Source of the DNA: Nitrospirota bacterium
GTDB taxonomy: Bacteria; Nitrospirota; UBA9217
Assembly: GCA_963754875.1 (NCBI GenBank)
Contig: CAVWHO010000002.1
Span: 20,194 to 84,193 of the forward strand
Length of the DNA stretch: 64,000 nt
Direction of reading: 5' to 3'
The position numbers and the translations under genes are program-made. The notes beneath the pieces are model-generated. The model was not told where the DNA came from and ran no database searches. It was given only the letters and a program-made list of their open reading frames with translations. Of this stretch, positions 51,891 through 62,116 are shown piece by piece (position 1 is the stretch's first letter; every line of letters begins with the position of its first letter).

Positions 51891-52022
51891 TACGCATACA
51901 GCGTGGCATAGTAACATATCAGGCGGATTAGTGCAACCGAAAGCCGGGAAAAACCCCTAAAAAAACAGGCAGTACAAGTAGAATTTGCATCTTCCCCGGG
52001 GCTGTGTTAATCTGTCAGCCTG

Positions 52023-53962
52023 ATGAATGCGCTCAAGATCTTCGGCGAAACGGGAATGATCGCGCAGGCCATGCGCATGGCCTACGAGCACCGGCCCCAG
52101 CAGATTGAGATGGCCGCGGCTGTCGAGAAAGCGCTCGGCGACAAGTCGCATTTGATCGTCGAGGCGGGCACGGGCGTCGGCAAAAGCCTGGCCTATCTCG
52201 TTCCCCTGGTCATCTGGACGCGCGAAGAGAACTGCCGCGCTGTCGTTGCCACCTATACCAAGGCGCTCCAGCAGCAGCTCGTGGACAAGGACCTTCCCTT
52301 CCTCAAGAGCGTGCTCGGCGATTTCCGGTACGCGCTCTGCGTCGGCGGCGAGAACTACCTCTGCCTCCGCCGCTTTGACTATCTCCGCATCGGCAATCTC
52401 TATGAGCAGAACGAGATCGAGCCCTTGAACCGGCTCTTCGCCTGGTCCACGATGACGCGCACCGGGCTCCGGAGCGAGCTCGACATCGAGCCGCCCGCCG
52501 GGCCTCTGGGCCAAGGCCTGCCGCCAGGCCGATCTCTGCTTCGGCAAGGAATGCTCCTATTACAAGGATTGTTTCTACCAGAAGGCCAAGGCGATCGAAC
52601 AGCAGGCCCACCTCCTCGTGGCGAACCACCACCTTTTTTTCGCGGACATGGCCACGGGCGGCAACGTGCTGCCGCAGTACAGGGCCGTGGTGTTCGACGA
52701 GGCGCACCAGGTCGAAGACGTGGCCACGGATTATCTCGGCGTCGAGGTCACGAACTTTTCGGTGAAGTACCTGCTCGACACGCTCCTCTCCCAGCGCACG
52801 CGCAAGGGACTGCTCACCCGCCTTACCGTGCAGGATGCCGATGTGCAGGTTGTGCGCGGCATGGTCGACGGACTCCGCGTCGATCTCGGACAATTTTTTT
52901 CTGAACCTCCATCCGTTTCTCGCCAAAGAACCCGCGCTCCGGATCAGGCAGCGAAATATCGTGCCCGATATTCTGAGCGAGCCGCTCATGGAACTGCGGG
53001 ATTCGCTCCTCGAACTCACCGCCGGAATCGCAGGAGGAGGAACTTGAGGTCAAGGCCTTCGCCGCCCGGGCCCAGTCCCTTGCATCGGCCGTACGGATCA
53101 ACCTTGACCAGAGCGCGGACGGCTTCGTCTACTGGGCCGAGCGGGAGAACATGCGCTACCGGCTCGTTGCATCGCCCATCGACGTTGCCGAGACGCTGCG
53201 CGAAAATCTCTTCGGCAAGACGGATACGGTGATTCTCACCTCGGCCACGCTCTCCGCAGCCGGCACCTTCACCTACATCAAGAACCGGCTCGGCCTCGAC
53301 GCGCCGACGGAATTGCTGCTCGACTCGCCCTTTGACTTCGAGAACCAGGCCCTGCTCTACATCGCATCGGGCCTCGACGACCAGCAGGCAAGCGGGTATC
53401 AGGAACGGTTCGACGCGGAATTGAAGTGCAGTACTGTCCGTAACGCAGGGAAGAACGCTCGTGCTCTTCACCAGCTACGGCCAGTTGCGGAAAAGCGCGG
53501 AGACGCTGCGGCAGGGAAATGCCGGAACTCGGTTTCCTCTGCCAGGGAGAGATGCCGGCGTACCGGCTGATCGAACAGTTCAAAGACATCCCGAATGCCG
53601 TGCTCATGGGCACGGCGTCGTTCTGGCAGGGCATCGACATCCCCGGCGACGCGCTCCAGTGCGTCGTGATCGCGAAACTGCCCTTTGCCGTGCCTGACGA
53701 ACCGATTGTCGAAGCGCGCATGGAGCGGCTCAAGAACCCGTTCTTCGAATATCAGGTCCCGCAGGCAACGCTGCTCTTCCGCCAGGGCTTCGGCAGGCTC
53801 ATCCGCACGAAGACCGACCGCGGCGCGGTTGCCGTTCTCGACTCGCGCATCATGACCAAGAACTACGGCAAGTGGTTTTTGAAATCGATCCCGAAGTGCA
53901 GGATCACTGATGAGCGGGAGGAGTTCAGGAAGTTTTTTGAAGGGTTAAGGACTACCGAGTAG
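52023..53962 (+). CDS. dinG: DinG/YoaA-family ATP-dependent helicase (multiple frameshifts)
   Basis: EAGTGVGKS, NYLC plus further Fe-S cysteines, DEAH, TSATL, FWQGIDIPG, QGFGRLIR. Confidence 0.93.
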
Positions 53963-54008
53963 ATACACGACGTCACTCCACAACATCAAACAGGAAGCTG
54001 AAAAAAAC

Positions 54009-54686
54009 ATGGCACAGCCATGGCAAACCATAGATAAGGCTGAAACCCCGGACGGTCTCCTTGAACTGCGCAGACGGGGCGAGCGAGACTTCCTCATCAT
54101 GATTAACAACCGCGTGCTCATGAACAGCAGCGCGAACCGGTCGGAAATTGTGCTGGGAGAGCAGGCTTGCAATCTCGTAGCTGCACGCAAAAATCCGCGT
54201 GTGCTGATCGGCGGTCTGGGTATGGCGCTCACCTTGCGCGCTGCCCTTGACTCTTTGCCTCCATCATCCCAGGTCGTCGTGGCTGAGCTCAACCCCGTTG
54301 TAGTCAGTTGGTGCCACGGTCCTCTTGCAGTACTGACCAAAAACGCGGCATCAGATCCGCGCGTCACGCTCGTGCTCGATGATGTTTCTAAAGTGATAGC
54401 TCAGGCAGCACAACCAGGATCGCAAAAGTTTGACTCAATCGTTATCGATCTTTATGAAGGCCCCGGCTCAGCCACAGACGCAAAAAACGACCCTTTCTAC
54501 GGCAGCCGTGCGCTCAGTTCAACGGCCGCAGCCCTTACTCCGGGCGGTGTTTTTGCTGTCTGGGGAGAGAACCCTGAGGCTGATTTTGAAAAACGGCTCG
54601 CTGCTGCGAGATTTTCAATAGAGCGCCTGCGACCGGGAAAAGGCGGGTTGAGGCATGTAGTATATATTGCGCAGGTCCGCCAGTAG
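54009..54686 (+). CDS. Spermidine synthase-like SAM-binding protein
   Basis: VLMNS, VLIGGLGMALTLRAAL, FDSIVID. Confidence 0.85.
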   Translation: MAQPWQTIDKAETPDGLLELRRRGERDFLIMINNRVLMNSSANRSEIVLGEQACNLVAARKNPRVLIGGLGMALTLRAALDSLPPSSQVVVAELNPVVVSWCHGPLAVLTKNAASDPRVTLVLDDVSKVIAQAAQPGSQKFDSIVIDLYEGPGSATDAKNDPFYGSRALSSTAAALTPGGVFAVWGENPEADFEKRLAAARFSIERLRPGKGGLRHVVYIAQVRQ

Positions 54687-55203
54687 AACAGAGCGGTTCC
54701 TTCAATCTCATTCATTCTTATGTAGTAGTTCAAAATCACCTATCTAAAACTGCTCAATCTGCAACTTTTTCCCGATTCTCGAATATAGTCTCTATCTAAC
54801 ACTTTGATATTTTGCAAATTGTAACTCCTTTTTACTCTGGCACTCCGTATGCAATAAAGGGAAACAAGAAGACAAAAGAAATCGGTGATCAGGATGAGAT
54901 ATTATCCGCTGACAGACGGCTACAGTGACGAAGAGGACACAGAGATCGTAGATATATTGATCGATAGCTCTCTCTATCTGGATATGGACCTCGCGGAACG
55001 GTTCAGGCTGGTGCGCTATCTTGCAGCGTCTTATTACCACTGCTCTTCCAAATGAAGCGCAGGATTCTCAGACCGGCTGATGAATAGTGTTCTGAGGACA
55101 AGCTCTTTCGGAATGGCAGAAGTTAATTACCTCACCCCCCCATCCGTTCGCCCTTTGGCGGTGCTCAACGGATCAATTGCTTTGTTGCTAAGACGAATGG
55201 GGA

Positions 55204-55890
55204 TCACTTACCCACAGTACCTGTAATAGCGTTCTGAAACTCCTGGGCCGTCACGACCATGGCCTGCCCGGGAAAGACCTTTTCCAACAGCACCCGGTGT
55301 ACTTCATCGCTCCGGTCGGCACAAGCATCACCAATAATGACGAGTTGGTAGTCCATGTCAGCGGCCCACCGCACCGTTGAAAGGACCACACCGCTCGTTG
55401 CTATGCCGAACATGGCGAGGGTGTTGATGTTCTTCGCGCGCAGGATGGTTTCCAGGTCAGTGGTCGAGAAAGCACCGACGCGACGTTTCGTAACCACGAT
55501 GTCCCCGGTTTGCGGCGCAACCTTCGGATGAATTTCAGCTCCCGGAGTGCCTTCTCGCAGCCAGCCCGATTTTTTCAAACCGCTGAACATCCTGTTCTGA
55601 GGATTGATCTCGGGATATCCGTCCCGGAAACGCACGACCACATAGATCACCTGAAGGCCAGCCCCCCGCGCTTCCTTCAGGATAGCACTTGCCTTCTCCA
55701 GCAGAGGAGCGCGGTCCTTTTCCGGAAGAAAGTTTACGATATCGTTTTGATAATCCATGATCAAAAGAGCGGTCCTGGTCTTATCGATGGTAAGCGCCGG
55801 CTTGTCTTCGGCAAAAACCTGGACCTTGAATACGGGGAGAAGCAAGATTGCCAGGGCAAGAGAGAGCATGATACGATTGTTGAAACGCAT
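55204..55890 (-). CDS. Isochorismatase-family hydrolase with signal peptide
   Basis: ALLIMDYQND, KRRVGAF, GIATSGVVLST, DACAD. Confidence 0.9.
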   Translation of the reverse strand: MRFNNRIMLSLALAILLLPVFKVQVFAEDKPALTIDKTRTALLIMDYQNDIVNFLPEKDRAPLLEKASAILKEARGAGLQVIYVVVRFRDGYPEINPQNRMFSGLKKSGWLREGTPGAEIHPKVAPQTGDIVVTKRRVGAFSTTDLETILRAKNINTLAMFGIATSGVVLSTVRWAADMDYQLVIIGDACADRSDEVHRVLLEKVFPGQAMVVTAQEFQNAITGTVGK

Positions 55891-55919
55891 TGGTATGGTC
55901 CTCCATTTTTATGAGTTTT

Positions 55920-56303
55920 TTATTTTTTATCTACGCTGAGCGGACCTGAGCCGAAATGCGCGATCAGGAGAGCAGCTCCCAGCATGGAGATGTTCTTCAT
56001 GAAATTAGCCATCTGCATCTGCCTCATCATCGCGTCTGAGTATGCCCAAAAATTATGGATCATGAAGGTAACCGGCAAGAGAAAGACTACGATGAGCCAC
56101 GCGCCGTACTTCGCTTTATATCCCAGCAGGATGCTCAGCCCGCCCACAAAGGCGATTATTCCCGACAGAGGCACGACAATCGAAGCCAGAGGTACCCCCT
56201 TATTTGCAGCATACCCGATGGAACTGGCCATGAAATGAGTAGGGCCGGACATGATGAAGATCGACGAGTACAATATTCTTCCGAGCAAGACGATATATTT
56301 CAT
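55920..56303 (-). CDS. DoxX family membrane protein
   Basis: LGRIL...F, HNFW, FMKNISMLGAAL, GSGPLSVD. Confidence 0.92.
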   Translation of the reverse strand: MKYIVLLGRILYSSIFIMSGPTHFMASSIGYAANKGVPLASIVVPLSGIIAFVGGLSILLGYKAKYGAWLIVVFLLPVTFMIHNFWAYSDAMMRQMQMANFMKNISMLGAALLIAHFGSGPLSVDKK

Positions 56304-56392
56304 AGTTGATCCTCCTTTTGGCGGCACTATTTACAATAAGTATACCACGGAGCATTTGAGGATAAAGGCACGGGGACAACGAACGTCAGGGG

Positions 56393-56971
56393 CTATCGGC
56401 GATCCGCAAGAGTTTCTGCAGCGATTTGTTCGATTGAGATACCGAAGTCGTTGTGTAACTGGTCGAGAAATTCTTTCGCCTTTACTGTTGCATCCGAAAA
56501 TCTCCGGAGGAACAATTCATTGCCCTTGTAGCGCCGGGCGATCGATTCGCAGCGCCCAGCGAAGGTAGTCGGCCTGTCAAACTCGACCATGCCGTCGATG
56601 AGCGGGACCAGACGTTCTTCGATTGAGGTGGGGAAAAAATCCTGTTGAGGGAGACCATAGAGCGTCGCTTCAGCGCTTGCCATTCCGCACAGGACGTGAG
56701 AGGCGCAGATAAAGGCTTCGCGATCATGGCCGAGGCCCCTGAGGAGCCAATAACCTTCCATTCCATGCAGGATCGGATCATGGGTTTTATACCTCCCGAT
56801 ATCGTGCAGCAGCGCGCCAGTCGTGAGGTATTCGGCATCGATAGGGCATTTTGGCGACAGGATTTCTCCGACCCGTTGTGCGACCCGGGAAACAGCAAGG
56901 CAATGCCTGATCCAGGTCGCGTCCCCGCCGTAACAATAGAGCAGTTTCAAAGCATCATCGTAAGACAGCAT
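56393..56971 (-). CDS. HD (HDIG) domain protein
   Basis: RHCLAV, LLHDIGR, HGMEG. Confidence 0.88.
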   Translation of the reverse strand: MLSYDDALKLLYCYGGDATWIRHCLAVSRVAQRVGEILSPKCPIDAEYLTTGALLHDIGRYKTHDPILHGMEGYWLLRGLGHDREAFICASHVLCGMASAEATLYGLPQQDFFPTSIEERLVPLIDGMVEFDRPTTFAGRCESIARRYKGNELFLRRFSDATVKAKEFLDQLHNDFGISIEQIAAETLADRR

Positions 56972-57142
56972 CGTAGCTCCAAAAAAAAGGCTTGTCGAGG
57001 GCCGTTCTTATGCCCCACAGTACCAGGTGTATGCCGCTTTGTCAACGATGCAGCGCCCCTTCCCTCTTGACTTTCATCGCGCCTTTGCCTATTCTCATTG
57101 AAGAAACAAGTTCTTGATGTGGGATCCCCCTATCCTTTGCCG

Positions 57143-58288
57143 ATGATGCTCCGACAATATGCCAAACAACTGGTCGTGGTGATCGCACTTCTCCAACCCG
57201 AAGCCGCGGTGCCTTCCCTGCTATTCTTCGGGAAGACGGCTACTGCCTGTATGGCTTATCCCGGCCGCGCCTGGGCAGATGAAAGTCCTTCTGCACCCCA
57301 CGCACCTGCTGCACGGACGGAGGTTTGGACGTCGCCGACCATATCCTCCCTTTCCCGGGTTGAAGAAAAAAAAAGTCGGCCTGTGACGCCCCTGAAGCCG
57401 GAAGAAAGCAAAGAGGAGCCGACTTTCGTAGATGTGCTGCATGGCGGGATATCGAACGAAATCCTGTCGACAGCGGACTGGATGGATTCTTTTTTTGCCG
57501 ACCCAAATTACGTGAAGGAAATAAACCGGTCATACGTTCGGTTCCGCTATGAAACTTTTCAGGAAGAGCGAGCGAAGCCATCCTTCAAGCCCGCAGTCGA
57601 CTTGCGGCTGGCCCTGCCGGAGCTGGAACGGAAGACGCATCTCGTGTTCTCGGCAGAGCCGAACGAACCCCCCACCGGCCCCAGTGCACCGGTGCGGACT
57701 ACCGCTGAACGCTTCGGCACAACGGAGCAGGCGAACTTCACGACTGCACTCCAATACTTTCTCAGGACGACTCCCAAAGAAAATTCCGCCGTACTGAGCG
57801 GCGTACAGTTCAGCAGATTCTCGCCCGTTTTGTTTCTCGAGCCCCGCTACCGCGTGCTCGCCCCGTATCGCGTCTGGCAGTTGAGGTTCACACAGGAACT
57901 CCTCTGGAGAACGGACACGGCCTGGCAAACGGATTCACGATTTGAATTCGAGCGGCAGTTGCCGAAAGATTTCTTTTTCCGCACGTCTCTTGACGGAGTT
58001 TGGGCGTCACGCGTCATTGGGTACGTCTACGGCCTCGCTTTTTTGCTGCGCCAGTCCTTCGGCCCAACCCAGGCCGTTGACTACGAGTGGATCAACACCT
58101 ACCAAACCAGACCGGTCAACGAACTAACGGAAATCGACTTCAGGATGAGATATCGCCACAGTTTCTGGCGGGAGTGGCTCTTTTTTGAAGTGGCCCCCCA
58201 GGTCAGGTTCCCAAGGGACAATAATTTTGACAACATACCGGGGGTTTTGTTCAGGCTGGAAATGTTTTTCGGAAGGAATGCGGGATGA
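57143..58288 (+). CDS. Hypothetical protein, putative outer-membrane beta-barrel; start uncertain
   Basis: DSFF, LRLALP, WREWLFFEVAPQ and terminal RLEMFFG strands. Confidence 0.7.
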   Translation: MMLRQYAKQLVVVIALLQPEAAVPSLLFFGKTATACMAYPGRAWADESPSAPHAPAARTEVWTSPTISSLSRVEEKKSRPVTPLKPEESKEEPTFVDVLHGGISNEILSTADWMDSFFADPNYVKEINRSYVRFRYETFQEERAKPSFKPAVDLRLALPELERKTHLVFSAEPNEPPTGPSAPVRTTAERFGTTEQANFTTALQYFLRTTPKENSAVLSGVQFSRFSPVLFLEPRYRVLAPYRVWQLRFTQELLWRTDTAWQTDSRFEFERQLPKDFFFRTSLDGVWASRVIGYVYGLAFLLRQSFGPTQAVDYEWINTYQTRPVNELTEIDFRMRYRHSFWREWLFFEVAPQVRFPRDNNFDNIPGVLFRLEMFFGRNAG

Positions 58289-58323
58289 GGCGGACAGGTT
58301 ATCTGCTTTGCTGTTCCAGGGAA

Positions 58324-59808
58324 TCAGCTTTTATCATCTACTCGCCTGAAGTCTATATGCCCACGTTCCACATCCGTGTGGACGAGCTGTACGCGAACGC
58401 GTTGCCCCACGTCCATCCCCTCAAACCCGCTTGACAACCTTCCTTCAATAGGCGGGTGAAGCAGCCTGACCCAGGTGCCTTTTGCGGCAGCGCCGGTAAC
58501 GATGGCGTCGAAGCGCTCCCCGATCCGGTGTTCCAGAAGCATGGCTGCCGCGGATTTTTTTACCTGCCGTTCCACCTTCTTTGCCGCGTCCTCTTTTTCC
58601 GTGCAGTGTTGGGCCAGCCTCGCAAGCTCCTCGTGTCCATAGGGGAGTGATTTCCCCTCTATTGCGGCCTTGAGCAGACGCTGCGTGATCACGTCAGGAT
58701 ACCGCCGGTTCGGTGCCGTGGCATGGGTATAGTCCTTGACTGCGAGGCCGAAGTGGCCCCCTGATGCAGCGCCCGGCATCTGGACAGCATATTCACCGGG
58801 CCCCATGAGCTTGATGACGGAAAGGGAAAGATCGGGGAACCGCAGCGGGTCATCGGCCCGCTCCCGTGTCAGAAACGTTTCCAATGCCCTGGCGTCGGGC
58901 TCGTCCGGAAGTTTGAAACGCCGTTCCGATGCAAGCTCAACGATCCGGTCCCACCGTTTCGGCGTGCGTACGATCCGGCGGAGGGAGGGCAGTTTTTTTA
59001 AGGCGAGAAACCGCGAGGTCACGCCGTTTGCCGCGATCATGAAATTCTCGATGATGTCCTTCGCCCTGTTCTTTTCTTCAGCTTCAACGTCCTTGAGATC
59101 GTCTGCATCGAACACCAGACGCGCTTCCACCGTTTCCAGGGTCAGCGCGCCGTGATCGTGCCGGGACGCTTCCATCCGTTGCGCGACGCGGTCCTGGAGC
59201 CGCAGGTTTTCGGCCAGGCCGACGACTTCATCGATCTCTTTCGGCAGGGGCCCGGCATTTTCCAGCCAGGCGGCGACACTGTTATAAGCAAGTTTCGCGC
59301 GGTTATGGACCAGCGCGCTGTACACATCGGATTTATCCAGGCCGCCGTCAGCATTAATTTCCATTTCGATCACAACGGCAAGCCGGTCTGACGCGTAATT
59401 GAGGGACGTCAAATCCGTTGAAAGCTTCTCAGGCAGCATCGGGAAGATGCGAGCCTCGGTATAGACCGATGTCGTGTTTTGGCGGGCGTGTTCGTCTATG
59501 GCCGAATCTTTTTTAACGACGGCATCGACGTCGGCAACGGCGACCAGGATCTTCACGGCCCCATTATGCAGAGCTTCCGCGACCGTAAGTTGGTCCAGAT
59601 CGCGTGAATCGTCGTTATCTAGGGAGCACCAGAGCAGGTGCCTCAGATCGCGTGTGGGGCCTTCTGCTTTTGCGGCAAGGCCTTGGATGCTGTCAAGCTC
59701 GGCAAGGGCTCCGCGGGAGAAGTCCGGGAGCAGCCCCCGTTCGAGCATGGCGTGACGGGCGATACGTTGAAGGAGGGCACGGTGTTGTCCGGAATGTGCA
59801 TGTGTCAT
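58324..59808 (-). CDS. RNB-domain exoribonuclease (RNase II/R family)
   Basis: LDNDDSRDLDQ, IENFMIAAN, HFGL...YTHATAPNRRYPD. Confidence 0.93.
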   Translation of the reverse strand: MTHAHSGQHRALLQRIARHAMLERGLLPDFSRGALAELDSIQGLAAKAEGPTRDLRHLLWCSLDNDDSRDLDQLTVAEALHNGAVKILVAVADVDAVVKKDSAIDEHARQNTTSVYTEARIFPMLPEKLSTDLTSLNYASDRLAVVIEMEINADGGLDKSDVYSALVHNRAKLAYNSVAAWLENAGPLPKEIDEVVGLAENLRLQDRVAQRMEASRHDHGALTLETVEARLVFDADDLKDVEAEEKNRAKDIIENFMIAANGVTSRFLALKKLPSLRRIVRTPKRWDRIVELASERRFKLPDEPDARALETFLTRERADDPLRFPDLSLSVIKLMGPGEYAVQMPGAASGGHFGLAVKDYTHATAPNRRYPDVITQRLLKAAIEGKSLPYGHEELARLAQHCTEKEDAAKKVERQVKKSAAAMLLEHRIGERFDAIVTGAAAKGTWVRLLHPPIEGRLSSGFEGMDVGQRVRVQLVHTDVERGHIDFRRVDDKS

Positions 59809-60029
59809 AGCATGAGAAAGTATTATAGACGACAGCACAAAAAAGTGCAAGCCAAGAGATGGGGAAGAGGCGCTACCGGTGTATTCTCGTCGTTCGTTCC
59901 CCAGCTCGAACACGCGGTTAGGGATCCTATTTTTTGTACGTACGACGATGAAGTGTTTTTCAAGCAAGATAAGTGGAAAATCCGTCGCTCCGGCATGTTC
60001 GAAGGCAAAGGAAGACGCATAGAACGATC

Positions 60030-60752
60030 TTACATTTTTGTTCTGGGCATGCCGTCTTCCGGCATGTTCGCTTCGACGAAGTTTCCGGAGGGGATATCGG
60101 CCACCGGTGCGAAAAAAATCCTGTTTTTCGTCGCCTTGTTGAGCACGATAATATTTCCACGGGACAGGACGATCGTAACGTCGTCGAACATGGCATCAAG
60201 CCCGGAGTGGTTGGAGTCAAAAGAATCAGTTACCGGGTTTTGAGCGGTGCAGTACTGCTGGAAGATCGGCGACAGCATGGCCATCAAGCTGTCGACGACA
60301 GCCGGGAAATCCTCAGCCGCGCGCTTGAACACGGCCGGATCTTCCGAAAGAAAGAACGCAGACGAATCGGTGGATTTGGCAGCGCCTGCTACCGCGGCAT
60401 GAGAGAACGGGTTTATGTTCGCCGTATCAGACCCTGCATCGAGAGAGAGCAGGCTTCGCATCACCGCTCCCTCTTTCCACTCGACCTTCAGCAAGAAGGG
60501 CGCCGCCAGTCCCCGGACATCGAAGGAGAACGATCCGTCACGCTTCGTCGGGGTGGTAATGACCCGCGGCGGGAAAGAAGAATCTTTCAGCGAAACAGTG
60601 CCGACTATCGGTGTCCCGGATGCCGCAGCGCCCGACACGGTCGGAAAGGCAAAAATCGGTATGATTGGCGCAGGGCTGCTGCTGCGGATGACATATGTGG
60701 CGCCCAGAGTAACTGCGCAGGACAATAAGATGACCCAGATCATGTTCCGCAT
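60030..60752 (-). CDS. Hypothetical exported or membrane-anchored protein
   Basis: N-terminal TM helix; GAAASGTPI.GTVSLKDS...DGSFSFDV...PFLLKV...ANINP; GGGAGA ribosome binding site. Confidence 0.75.
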   Translation of the reverse strand: MRNMIWVILLSCAVTLGATYVIRSSSPAPIIPIFAFPTVSGAAASGTPIVGTVSLKDSSFPPRVITTPTKRDGSFSFDVRGLAAPFLLKVEWKEGAVMRSLLSLDAGSDTANINPFSHAAVAGAAKSTDSSAFFLSEDPAVFKRAAEDFPAVVDSLMAMLSPIFQQYCTAQNPVTDSFDSNHSGLDAMFDDVTIVLSRGNIIVLNKATKNRIFFAPVADIPSGNFVEANMPEDGMPRTKM

Positions 60753-60817
60753 CGAAATCTCCCGAGTAAATCCTGCCCGTACTGCTTTCAAAACTGCATT
60801 CTTTCTCTATGGATCAA

Positions 60818-60833
60818 AGCAAGTCAAATGCCA
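60818..60833 (-). promoter_or_regulatory. Sigma54 (-24/-12) promoter
   Basis: TGGCATTTGACTTGCT has GG-N10-GC spacing, about 65 nt upstream of ATG 60752. Confidence 0.72.
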
Positions 60834-61474
60834 TCTCACTATTTTTTTATCCCCTTGATTTATGAGCATATTTTTTTCCTGCGCCCTTTTATACAGTCTA
60901 TATTACTTCAGGTTTGTATGAATAAGCATTCAAGAGAACCGGTGCAGACAACAGAAACCGGCAATAGTCAGCGAAAAATCCGTTAGTTACATTTCTGTAG
61001 GGATTTACATGCACATAATCAAAAAAACGAGCGCTATTGCTCACATCGGGGAGAGGTCCCCTGAGCCGGTCGTGTCAAGAAAAGGGGGTATGCTGAAGTA
61101 GGCATAAGCCGGCATCGTCGAGCAAGTGCATCGTGGAAATAGGTTAAGCTGGGTTTTGCGGGAACGCGTTCATCGCGATTGTCGTAAAGTCTGACCGTTT
61201 GATGACGATCTTATTTCTGGCAGTATTCTGAGAACGGTGTAATCATTTCATAAATCTGAGAAATCAGCACCTTTGATCAAGGGAGCAATGTTAAAGATAT
61301 ACCAATGCTTGACTATTTTAGTTTCTTTGCTTACACTACACTTATGAAAAAAACACTCCCGTAATCAACCTGCCGTTGCATGAATAATCGTCGAGGCAGG
61401 GAGTTCACAGACGAGCATTCCCGTTCCCCTGGGGAAGACAGTTTCAACCAATTTTTAGAGAAGCGAGATCGCAC

Positions 61475-61933
61475 ATGACCGATACTTTAGCTAAGATCCG
61501 ATGCAAAACCTGCTTGCAGTTGAACCGAGTATCCCTGGACAAACTCGGGGAAAAACCGCTCTGCGGGAGTTGTAAGACAACTCTGGACGTCCCTTCTCGA
61601 CCCGAATGGGCCAGAGCCGATAGCTTCGACCGAACGGTGTCGTATTGGGCTGAAACCCTTCTCGTCGTGTTCACAGCCCCTCTCTGTGTTTATTGCAAGA
61701 TATTCGAGCCGGTGTTGAATGATCTTGCCCGGAAACGGATGGGGAAGCTTAAGGTGCTGAAAGTCGATACCGAGGTGGACATAATTCTCGCACAACGTTT
61801 TAAGATCGAAAAAACGCCGACGTTTATTGTGTATCGAAGCGGTGTGCAGCTCATCCGTGTCGACGGCCCGCCAAAGGACAAATCCGACCTCGTCATGTGG
61901 ATCGACAATCTCATTAATTCGACGAATGTATGA
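61475..61933 (+). CDS. TrxC-like thioredoxin with N-terminal zinc ribbon
   Basis: CKTC..NRV...CGSC; active site CVYC; TPTF. Confidence 0.85.
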   Translation: MTDTLAKIRCKTCLQLNRVSLDKLGEKPLCGSCKTTLDVPSRPEWARADSFDRTVSYWAETLLVVFTAPLCVYCKIFEPVLNDLARKRMGKLKVLKVDTEVDIILAQRFKIEKTPTFIVYRSGVQLIRVDGPPKDKSDLVMWIDNLINSTNV

Positions 61934-62116
61934 TCCGCTCTGCCCGATACCGCGAGCACAGCCCGCGCCAAGGCATCCCCCTGCCTCACTGCCTAGCCGC
62001 CGGTAAGCTTACCCGCAGAGGTGGAGATGGGTATGGTCTATGATCAGGCCGCTAATTGTTTCCGGAGGCACAAAGTATCCTCGCAAGTACGTCGGCGACA
62101 GCTACCTCGGGTACAT

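Noticed and set aside
59982..60070. Direct repeat TCCGGCATGTTCG (two copies) as an att site or CRISPR repeat
   Set aside because: Only two short copies, one of them coding; no integrase or cas gene.
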